Source: Candidatus Caldarchaeales archaeon
GTDB taxonomy: Archaea; Thermoproteota; Nitrososphaeria_A; Caldarchaeales; Calditenuaceae
Reading direction: 5' to 3'
NCBI GenBank assembly: GCA_032249095.1
Contig: JAVVGN010000097.1
Location: forward strand, 1-6,520
Length of the DNA: 6,520 bases
The notes under the pieces were generated by a model that did no database searches, was not told where the DNA came from, and was given only the letters and a program-made list of their open reading frames with translations. The stretch's first letter is position 1. Every line of letters starts with the position of its first letter. A program made the translations under genes and the position numbers. Shown in pieces: positions 1 through 5,699 of the stretch.

Positions 1-192
1 AGCTCAAATAAAAGCAAAACAAAAACCCACCAACACAAAATGGATTAAGAGCGAACGGGTTTATACAGCTGAAGAGCTCCCATAGTAGCCCCGCGAGTAG
101 AAATAGACGCCCCTTGAGAAAGTGTTTAAAGCCTTATCTGGACACTATCAGCCGTTGGCCAGCACGTAGGCGCACGGTGAGAGGTTCATGCC

Positions 193-198
193 TTTAAG
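193..198 (+). promoter_or_regulatory. TATA-like box (TTTAAG) about 27 nt upstream of the ATG at 223, implying a leaderless mRNA
   Basis: TTTAAG at 193-198. The distance to the ATG at 223 matches the usual archaeal TATA-to-TSS spacing. No SD-like motif lies in between. Other TATA-like strings (60-65, 125-130) exist upstream, so the assignment is tentative. Confidence 0.25.
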
Positions 199-222
199 GA
201 GCTCCGCCTGTTCTGTCTATTG

Positions 223-1539
223 ATGCAGGACTACGAGGAGCTTCTGAGGAGGGTTTTGAGGATTGTGGGTGATGAGCGGAGGGCTGAGATTGAGGAGGAG
301 GTGGAGAAAAGGATAGCCGAGGACCCGAGGCTCACGAGGCTCGGAGCCCTCTACATCGTGGCCAGCGATATGGGGGTCTTCAACGAGGCTAGGCAGGCGC
401 CTCCTGTGGTCCCTCTGGGGAAGCTGGTCGGCGGACTAGGCTCCGTGAACGTGGAGGCGCGCGTGATAGGCCTCTCAACCCTCCGTAAGGGGCGGGCGAT
501 CTATCTGCGCATGGGGGACTCCACCGGCAAGGTATTCGCGACCGCGTGGGGCAAGGCTGCCGAGAAGCTGACAGAGCTTGGCGTGAAGGTCGGCTCCACT
601 ATACTGGTTAAGAACGCTTATACGAGAGAGAAGCCCGACGGCTCTGTGGAGCTCCACATAGGCGAACAGGCTGAGTTGGAGATAGGTGGGCACGGCCCTC
701 CGGCCCTCGAGTCCTTCTTCAGCGAAATGACCGCTATAATAGGTTCTGGCGGGGTTCTCGACTTTAAGGCCTACATCATGGGATACTCAAACTTGAGGAC
801 CGCACGCGTTAAGGAGGAGGAGAGCGCGGTCAGGGAGATACTTCTTGGCTGGGATGGCGTGCTGGTCGAGATGGACCTGTGGAGGGAGCTGGCCGAGTCC
901 TTCAGCCCCCTCATAGTGGGTGCGAGGGGACTTGTCGCAGGCGCCCGCTGGTCGTCAGACAAGATCACCAGCTCCGCTAGGACCAGCATCCACATCCCGG
1001 GAGGCGGAGAGAGGCTATCATTCCCCCTCCTATACGTCTCCCGCCAGCTGTCGCCTGAGGATTCCCTGGCGTCCTGTGGAAGCTGGGTCTTAAGGGCCCC
1101 GTCGAAGGACCTCAAAAGCGGCCGATCGTATCGAGTCGAGGAGTTCCACTTCGAGAAGCGTGGAAGGGCATGGATCATGGTTCCTGACGAGTATGGCGAG
1201 GCGGAGGGGGCTGTTAGCGGGCCCACGCCCCGCAGGATAGTTGACCTCGCACCCGGCATGACGGAGGTATACGTCGAGGGAGAGGTGGTCTCCAAGTCTC
1301 CAAGGACTAGCGTCGAGACAAGGAGAGGAGAGGTGGGGCTCTTAAGCTTCTGGCTGAGGGACGAGACTGCGGCGATCTTCTGCAAGGCGTGGGGGAGGGC
1401 GGCCTTCGAGGCGGACAAGATCGCCGAGGGGGATAGGGTCGCGATAGCCTTCGCGCAGGTTACGAGGAATCCCTGGGGAGAGAGGGAGCTGTCTCTTTCA
1501 GAGTCTTCTTACATTCTATCGCTCGTGGACACTCCTTGA
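223..1539 (+). CDS. RPA-like (replication factor A family) single-stranded DNA-binding protein with multiple OB folds
   Basis: Long ORF (track 220..1539). TTG at 220 is directly followed by ATG at 223, which I prefer as the start. The N-terminal helical segment (..EEEVEKRIAEDPRLTRLGALYIVASDMGV) resembles the N-termini of archaeal RPA proteins. OB-fold-like repeats follow. The first (aa ~66-155, GDSTGKVFATAWGKAAEKL...ELHIG) and last (aa ~338-432, RDETAAIFCKAWGRAAFEA...ELSLS) are visibly paralogous. A more degenerate one lies at aa ~175-260. Confidence 0.8.
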   Translation: MQDYEELLRRVLRIVGDERRAEIEEEVEKRIAEDPRLTRLGALYIVASDMGVFNEARQAPPVVPLGKLVGGLGSVNVEARVIGLSTLRKGRAIYLRMGDSTGKVFATAWGKAAEKLTELGVKVGSTILVKNAYTREKPDGSVELHIGEQAELEIGGHGPPALESFFSEMTAIIGSGGVLDFKAYIMGYSNLRTARVKEEESAVREILLGWDGVLVEMDLWRELAESFSPLIVGARGLVAGARWSSDKITSSARTSIHIPGGGERLSFPLLYVSRQLSPEDSLASCGSWVLRAPSKDLKSGRSYRVEEFHFEKRGRAWIMVPDEYGEAEGAVSGPTPRRIVDLAPGMTEVYVEGEVVSKSPRTSVETRRGEVGLLSFWLRDETAAIFCKAWGRAAFEADKIAEGDRVAIAFAQVTRNPWGERELSLSESSYILSLVDTP

Positions 1540-2303
1540 ACCCCTGGGCCTGCCGCGCCCGGAACACCCACACCTTGCTGTCTGGAGAGTAGGGTCCTGA
1601 GCGTCGACCCGATAACTATTCCTCGCCCCCGAAGTATCTCGAACGTATATACGGAGTGGTCGGCTGGAGACCACCTCATCTTCCTCACCAACAGAGTCCT
1701 TATGAGCCTTCCCTCCATGCTTGTCAGCCCCAGAACTATGACTCCCGAGGAGAGGAACTCCTCGTAGCCAAACCTGCTTAACTGGGTGGAGCCGGAGGGT
1801 ATGTCGCAGGTAAGCATCGTCGTGGCGCCGATCTTCTCCTCGAGGAATATTATTATCTCGCGTATATATTCTCTGACAGCGAACTCGTCGGCGGCCCCGA
1901 AAGCCATGGCAGAGATCGGGTCAAGAACTATCCTCGAGACGTCGCCGCCCCTCGTCATCTTGATTATCGTGTCTATGTAGGCCTTGCTGTCCTTCCTATA
2001 TCGGCCCAAGTCCTCCGAATAGATCCGGATCTCGAAGGGGAAGAACCTGCCCTCCCTGTAGGGTGTCCAGAAGTCCCATCCAAGCGTCATGGCGCCGTCC
2101 AACACGCCGTTGATCCGCTCGTCGAGGGAGACATACGCCACCTTCTCGCCCCTCCTAATCCCATCCATCAAGAAGTGGAGGCTCAGGATAGTCTTCCCAA
2201 CCCCCGTCTCGCCGGTGACCAAATACGTCTTACCCGGTATGAGTCCACCCCCCGTGATCCTGTCGAGAGTCGGTATCCCGGTCGAAACCCGCTCGGCTGG
2301 CAT
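1509..2303 (-). CDS. Single-domain KaiC-like / RadA-paralog (aRadC-type) RecA-superfamily ATPase
   Basis: 264-aa ORF. The N-terminus STGIPTLDRITGGGLIPGKTYLVTGETGVGKT carries Walker A (GETGVGKT) in the typical KaiC/RadA context. Walker B-like RIVLDPISAM is present. Length and layout are typical of archaeal single-domain KaiC-like proteins. The low-complexity Gly/Val/Pro C-terminal tail overlaps the convergent RPA-like gene. Confidence 0.9.
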   Translation of the reverse strand: MPAERVSTGIPTLDRITGGGLIPGKTYLVTGETGVGKTILSLHFLMDGIRRGEKVAYVSLDERINGVLDGAMTLGWDFWTPYREGRFFPFEIRIYSEDLGRYRKDSKAYIDTIIKMTRGGDVSRIVLDPISAMAFGAADEFAVREYIREIIIFLEEKIGATTMLTCDIPSGSTQLSRFGYEEFLSSGVIVLGLTSMEGRLIRTLLVRKMRWSPADHSVYTFEILRGRGIVIGSTLRTLLSRQQGVGVPGAAGPGVQGVSTSDRM

Positions 2304-2328
2304 TCTGCAGAGTATCGGCCTCAGGGCA

Positions 2329-2338
2329 ATAAAAAACT
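2329..2338 (-). promoter_or_regulatory. TATA-like box (minus strand GTTTTTTATT) about 30 nt upstream of the KaiC-like ATG, implying a leaderless mRNA
   Basis: Plus-strand AATAAAAAAC at 2329-2338. The ATG of the minus-strand gene is at 2303-2301, and no SD-like motif lies between them. Confidence 0.4.
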
Positions 2339-2451
2339 TGTCGAGAGGAGAGAGAGGATTGCGTTATAGCCATAATTAAGTAATTTATTAAGAGGTTGTG
2401 TTAGGTATGCTGGATGATAGGGAAAAAGGTGGGGGGTTGGTTAGTCTATAT

Positions 2452-2589
2452 GCCCTCGGCAGCAAGCCTAGGAACCCCAGACACCGGGATTAATTGCCCT
2501 GAGCCCGCCGGAGAATAAGCTCCGGCGATTAAAAAATGTGAGCCCCCGGTGTGTATAGCTCTGGGGCTTTTCCCCTCGCTGCCGGGGGC
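2452..2589 (+). ncRNA. Candidate structured RNA of unknown class (four nested helices)
   Basis: Hand-checked pairings are as follows. 2452-2463 (GCCCTCGGCAGC) pairs with 2578-2589 (GCTGCCGGGGGC): 12 bp with one T-G wobble. 2475-2480 (CCCCAG) pairs with 2561-2566 (CTGGGG). 2481-2488 (ACACCGGG) pairs with 2545-2552 (CCCGGTGT). 2506-2513 (CGCCGGAG) pairs with 2520-2527 (CTCCGGCG), closing a 6-nt loop. The plus strand is favoured for two reasons. The wobble would be a C-A mismatch on the minus strand. An A6 run at 2531-2536 would be a T6 terminator-like tract inside the structure on the minus strand, whereas a T5 tract (2630-2634) follows the structure on the plus strand. An AT-rich TATA-like stretch at 2381-2392 lies upstream. 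Confidence 0.35.
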
Positions 2590-2796
2590 CTATCCCGGTG
2601 CCTGAGCAGTCACCACTAGTTGCCTGATCTTTTTCACCAGCTCCCAGCACTGTCTCCCGTTTAGCCTATTCTTGTAGTATGCCACAGATAACCTAGTGAC
2701 AGCCCGATGAAGCCTACCATCATATATCCTCCAATACTCCCTTCTAGACGAGTTAATCGGCTTGTAAAGTCCTAAAAGCCTCTTCAAACCCATCAA
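2590..2796 (-). CDS. Hypothetical ORF, probably the C-terminal remnant of a decayed gene
   Basis: 68-aa ORF on the purine-rich minus strand. The same frame is open upstream to 2859 without a start codon (WFGWREALAELLTYADFVNSPL-MGLKR...). I recognise no family. The stop codon directly abuts the structured region 2452-2589. Confidence 0.3.
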   Translation of the reverse strand: MMGLKRLLGLYKPINSSRREYWRIYDGRLHRAVTRLSVAYYKNRLNGRQCWELVKKIRQLVVTAQAPG

Positions 2797-2947
2797 AGGA
2801 CTATTGACAAAATCAGCATACGTTAGCAGCTCTGCCAGGGCCTCCCTCCAACCAAACCATCATTTATCCCAGCCCCTCAAGAAGCACATTATAGGCCGGA
2901 TACCTCTTACCAGCCTCCCCAACAATCATCCTAGCCATCTCCACCAT

Positions 2948-3307
2948 CTACTTCTCTATGGATGAGATAGCTGGCTTCAGAACCTCCCTCTCAACATCCG
3001 ACAAAGCCCTGTATTTATTTAGTAGTTGCTGATGCGTCCTCAATAGAGACCTGTGGGCCAGAATCATCCTCCTCAAGACTAGGAAGTCCTCAGTAACCCT
3101 CCTAAACCACCTCTCCTCAATACTCATCAACGCCTTTATGTCTCCCCTAGCGCTCTTCGGCAGCTTAAGCTCTCCGCGCGCCTTCTCAAGCAGCGTAAGC
3201 CCCCTGAGATAGTATACCTCTACTCCCCTCATACTCATCACCCGTTCGGATAAGACCCTCCACCAGCCCCACATATAAAGAGTAATGGCCCCAACACACG
3301 GTAACAT
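2948..3307 (-). CDS. Hypothetical helical protein, possibly the N-terminal part of a decayed gene
   Basis: 119-aa ORF, with internal ATGs at 3274, 3238 and 3232 as alternative starts. The first ATG lies inside the 98-bp repeat. The ORF ends in TAG followed immediately in frame by ATG and 27 more codons, then TAA-ATG. No recognisable motifs. Confidence 0.4.
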   Translation of the reverse strand: MLPCVGAITLYMWGWWRVLSERVMSMRGVEVYYLRGLTLLEKARGELKLPKSARGDIKALMSIEERWFRRVTEDFLVLRRMILAHRSLLRTHQQLLNKYRALSDVEREVLKPAISSIEK

Positions 3308-3390
3308 CCCAATACAGCTGGACTTATGCGGAAACGAAGTAATATTCAGGGAAAAGGACAGACAACACTATACGGATACCCGAGGCCAGA
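3293..3390 (-). repeat. Copy A of a ~98-bp repeat (inverted relative to copy B at 6382-6480)
   Basis: The reverse complement of 3293-3390 aligns by hand to 6382-6480 with about 8 substitutions and 3 short indels. Shared strings include TCTGG(C/T)CTCGGGTATCCGTATAGTGTTGT and TATTGGGATGTT. Confidence 0.85.
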
Positions 3391-3457
3391 CTAACAGACG
3401 GCCAAGATCTCTCTATTAATCCCTCCCACAGAAGAGAGGGTAGTATCCAATAATGGG

Positions 3458-3470
3458 TTTATAATAAAAA
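3458..3470. promoter_or_regulatory. Strong AT-rich TATA-like box (TTTATAATAAAAA), orientation ambiguous
   Basis: Read on the minus strand (TTTTTATTATAAA) it would start a transcript near ~3438 that runs through repeat copy A into ORF 2948-3307. On the plus strand it would give rpoN a ~47-nt leader. Confidence 0.25.
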
Positions 3471-3500
3471 TGTGCGGTTGGGAAGCCGGGAGGGAGGGCC

Positions 3501-3512
3501 TTAATTTTTATT
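3501..3512 (+). promoter_or_regulatory. TATA-like box (TTAATTTTTATT) about 30 nt upstream of the rpoN ATG, implying a leaderless or near-leaderless mRNA
   Basis: The position relative to the ATG at 3537 fits archaeal TATA-TSS spacing. No SD-like motif lies in the intervening CCCCCCACACGCTAGGG. Confidence 0.4.
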
Positions 3513-3536
3513 GAAGCTTCCCCCCACACGCTAGGG

Positions 3537-3755
3537 ATGCTGTTCCCGATCAGATGCTTCAGCTGCGGCAAGCCTATCGGGCACCTTTGGGAGAAGTATA
3601 AGAAGCTCCTAGAGTCGGGGAAGAGTCCGGCCGAGGCCCTCGACTCGCTTGGTGTCAGGAGATACTGCTGCAGGAGGATGTTCATCTCACACGTCGAGAC
3701 AATCGACAGCTTCATAGAATTCCATACACAGCTCAGGCAGGGTGGTATGGGTTGA
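3537..3755 (+). CDS. rpoN: DNA-directed RNA polymerase subunit N (Rpo10 / Rpb10 homolog)
   Basis: MLFPIRCFSCGKPIGHLWEKY...LGVRRYCCRRMFISHVETID carries the diagnostic CxxC ... CC zinc-binding signature, RYCCRRM, and the typical ~70-aa length. Confidence 0.95.
   Translation: MLFPIRCFSCGKPIGHLWEKYKKLLESGKSPAEALDSLGVRRYCCRRMFISHVETIDSFIEFHTQLRQGGMG
3740..3746 (+). promoter_or_regulatory. Shine-Dalgarno-like site (GGGTGGT) 5 nt upstream of the enolase TTG start
   Basis: One mismatch to GGTGAT, the complement of the conserved GAUCACC near the archaeal 16S rRNA 3' end. It has the same 5-nt spacing as the site before rps2. Confidence 0.35.
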
Positions 3756-4999
3756 GCAAGATAGAGTCTGTCCGCGGCCGCGTCGTATTCGACTCGCGGG
3801 GTGACAAGACAATCGAGGCCGAGGTGGTGATTGATGGCCGCGTCGGTAGGGCGGGAGCACCCGCGGGCAAGAGCAGGGGGAGGAGGGAGGCGGAGCCATA
3901 CCCCAGGGGAGGCCCAGAAGAGGCCGCCAGAATCCTGCAGGGAGAGATTGGTAAGAAGCTGGTTGGAGTTGAGTACACGGGCTTCAGGGACCTAGACCAG
4001 CTCCTCCGAGAGATAGACGGCACCGAGAACTTCTCGAGAATAGGAGGTAACACGGCTCTCGCCGTCTCGGTGGCCGCGGCCCAGGCCTACTCCTCTGCTC
4101 AGGGGGTGCCGCTCTATAGACAGATCCTGAGGGAGACGGGGCTGGAGGCTGGCCTACCCCTGCCCCTGGGCAACGCGCTTGGCGGCGGGAAACATGCAGG
4201 TGCCGGCGCACCGGAGATACAGGAATTCCTCGTGATTCCTCTCGGAGCGCGGAACATCTTCCAAGCAATCGAGGCCAACATAAGGGTGCATAAGAGGCTT
4301 GGCTCGATACTTGCTAAGAGTGTGGCAGGCTACCCGCTCGGCAAGGGCGACGAGGGCGGATACGCACCCCCAATCTCGGTTGAGGCGGCTCTCGAGTGTG
4401 TGAGGGAGGCCGCCGAATCGGTCTCGGACGAGATGGGCATACGTATAGGTGTAGGGCTGGACGTCGCCGCCGGAAGCATCTATAACGAGGAGACTCGGAG
4501 ATATGAGATCAAGAGTCAGGGTCTATATTTATCCAGAGACGGCTTTCTAAGCTACCTGGCCGAGCTATGCGACAGAGCCAGCCTAGTCTACGTGGAAGAC
4601 CCCTTCGTCGAGGACGACCCGGACTCCTTCGCGGCCCTCCGAGAACAACTGCCCAACACCCTCATATGTGGGGACGACCTAGTGGTCACCCGACACAGCT
4701 TGATAGATGAGTACGCAGAAAAAGGGGCGATCAACGCGGCGATCATCAAGCCGAATCAGGTCGGAACGCTCTATCTGACCTGGCTGGCGGCTCGGTCGTG
4801 CCTGAGCCGAGGCGTCGTGCCAGTCGCATCACACAGGTCCGGAGAGACGACCGACGCTTACCTGTCTCATGTAGCCGTGGGGATGGGGTGCAGAGTTATT
4901 AAGTCGGGTATAATGGGTGGTGAGAGGTTGGCGAAGGCCAACGAGCTGATTAGGATAGGGGAGGAAATCGGTGCGGAGTCCCTGAGGAGGGTGATCTAG
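3752..4999 (+). CDS. eno: Enolase (2-phosphoglycerate dehydratase) family protein
   Basis: The N-terminus IESVRGRVVFDSRGDKTIEAEV is typical of enolase. Conserved motifs present are GGGKHAG, IQEFLVIP, GDEGGYAP, LDVAA, VEDPF, GDDL, IKPNQVGT, SHRSGETTD and IKSG. The TTG start at 3752 overlaps the rpoN TGA stop (TTGA, 4-nt overlap). Confidence 0.93.
   Translation: MSKIESVRGRVVFDSRGDKTIEAEVVIDGRVGRAGAPAGKSRGRREAEPYPRGGPEEAARILQGEIGKKLVGVEYTGFRDLDQLLREIDGTENFSRIGGNTALAVSVAAAQAYSSAQGVPLYRQILRETGLEAGLPLPLGNALGGGKHAGAGAPEIQEFLVIPLGARNIFQAIEANIRVHKRLGSILAKSVAGYPLGKGDEGGYAPPISVEAALECVREAAESVSDEMGIRIGVGLDVAAGSIYNEETRRYEIKSQGLYLSRDGFLSYLAELCDRASLVYVEDPFVEDDPDSFAALREQLPNTLICGDDLVVTRHSLIDEYAEKGAINAAIIKPNQVGTLYLTWLAARSCLSRGVVPVASHRSGETTDAYLSHVAVGMGCRVIKSGIMGGERLAKANELIRIGEEIGAESLRRVI
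4990..4996 (+). promoter_or_regulatory. Shine-Dalgarno site (GGTGATC, within GGAGGGTGATC) 5 nt upstream of the rps2 TTG start
   Basis: Perfect complement to the conserved GAUCACC of the 16S rRNA 3' end. It lies in the last codons of eno, and the TTG at 5002 is the only plausible start that preserves the conserved S2 N-terminus. Confidence 0.55.
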
Positions 5000-5001
5000 C
5001 C

Positions 5002-5637
5002 TTGGAGTCTGAGAGCCATCTCACCCCAGACGTAGAGCTTCAGGAGCTGCTGGTGAAAAGCAGCGTCCACATAGGCGCAAAGGTGAAGGTCGCCGACATG
5101 GCCAGATTCATCTATAGACAGAGGCCCGACGGAGTCTACCTCTTCGAGGTGAAGAAGATTCTTGAGAGGCTTAACACAGCCGCCCGCTTCATGGCCCTTT
5201 TTGAGCCCTCTAAGATCCTAGTAGTCTCTACACACGTGTATGGGATAAGGGCCGTGCAGAGGTTCTGCGAGGTGACTGGATGCATACCTATCACGGGGAA
5301 GATCCCTGCTGGAATACTCACAAACAGGACCCTGAAATACTATATCGAGCCGAACCTAGTGCTCGTGTCCGACCCACGGTACGATCTCCAGGCAGTAATA
5401 GAGGCCTCGATAGCCAGAAAGCCCGTCATAGCCATGTGCAGCACCGACAATGTCTGTAGAGACATCGACCTGATAATCCCCATGAACAACAGGGGTAGAA
5501 CTTCCCTACCGTTCGGCTTCTGGTACCTAGCTAGGCGCTACCTAATAGAGAGAGGGGAGGCGACCCCCGAGCTTCTATCCTCACTCACGATAGAGCAGTT
5601 CACGGCCCAGCCCGCGGTCGAGGAAGAGATACAGTAG
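5002..5637 (+). CDS. rps2: 30S ribosomal protein S2 (uS2)
   Basis: LLVKSSVHIGAKVKVADMARFIYRQRPDGVYLFEVKKILERLNTAARFM matches the conserved archaeal uS2 N-terminal region. The ~210-aa length and the position directly after eno match the conserved archaeal arrangement. Confidence 0.93.
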   Translation: MESESHLTPDVELQELLVKSSVHIGAKVKVADMARFIYRQRPDGVYLFEVKKILERLNTAARFMALFEPSKILVVSTHVYGIRAVQRFCEVTGCIPITGKIPAGILTNRTLKYYIEPNLVLVSDPRYDLQAVIEASIARKPVIAMCSTDNVCRDIDLIIPMNNRGRTSLPFGFWYLARRYLIERGEATPELLSSLTIEQFTAQPAVEEEIQ

Positions 5638-5699
5638 GGTGCGAAAGAAATAAGCCGGCCCTTGTGGAGACACTCACAGAGCAGTAGGGGTCTGGCACC

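Noticed and set aside
1-45. A-rich tract at the window start (T-rich on the minus strand), a possible terminator or divergent promoter (TTTTATTTG)
   Set aside because: No gene or RNA within the window would use it, and any associated gene lies outside the window.
475-1418. Minus-strand ORFs 475..693 and 771..1418 inside the RPA-like gene
   Set aside because: They are antisense shadow frames of a strongly supported plus-strand gene. Their products are Ser/Pro/Leu-rich and low in complexity with no motifs, as is typical in GC-rich coding DNA.
1786-2379. Plus-strand ORFs 1786..1980, 2089..2379 and 2175..2369
   Set aside because: They are antisense to the KaiC-like ATPase gene, whose Walker motifs clearly define the real frame. 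The products have no recognisable features.
2411-2421. C-box-like string GGATGATAG, a possible C/D box sRNA
   Set aside because: It is not the canonical RUGAUGA. No CUGA D box lies at the expected ~50-60 nt distance and no C'/D' pair is present.
2452-2589. Possible RNase P (minus-strand GAGGGGAAAAGCCCC resembling CR-I, GGCTTG resembling CR-V), H/ACA, SRP RNA, or a tRNA/att site
   Set aside because: At 138 nt it is too short for RNase P or SRP RNA, and the universally conserved ACAGAA-type element is missing. It is too large and has no ACA box or K-turn for an H/ACA hairpin. No cloverleaf or GTTC(R)A T-loop is visible. The resemblances are short and could be chance in GC-rich sequence.
2468-2650. 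60-aa minus-strand ORF overlapping the structured region
   Set aside because: The sequence there is better explained by the nested helices. The peptide is Gly/Arg/Ser-rich with no features and overlaps the end of ORF 2590..2796.
3032-3052. R-x5-H string (RSLLRTH) in ORF 2948..3307, hinting at a HEPN or PaREP1-like toxin, or a toxin-antitoxin pair with ORF 2590..2796
   Set aside because: A single short motif in a helical protein is weak evidence. Gene order and sizes do not fit a typical TA pair, and the ORFs look like fragments of one decayed gene.
2452-3390. IS200/IS605-like element with TnpB plus omega-RNA (structured RNA directly after an ORF 3' end)
   Set aside because: The ORFs show no RuvC-like D/E/D motifs or the CxxC zinc finger of TnpB, and are far too short even when repaired. 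Wobble and T-tract evidence places the structure on the strand opposite the ORFs. The layout is kept only as a loose analogy.
3421-3440. Small hairpin CCCTC-N10-GAGGG
   Set aside because: A 5-bp stem with a 10-nt loop is expected by chance at this GC content.
3416-4268. Minus-strand ORFs 3416..3715, 3687..3899, 3733..4053 and 3984..4268
   Set aside because: They are antisense shadows of rpoN and eno. Their Pro/Arg/Ser-rich translations are typical of non-coding frames opposite GC-rich genes.
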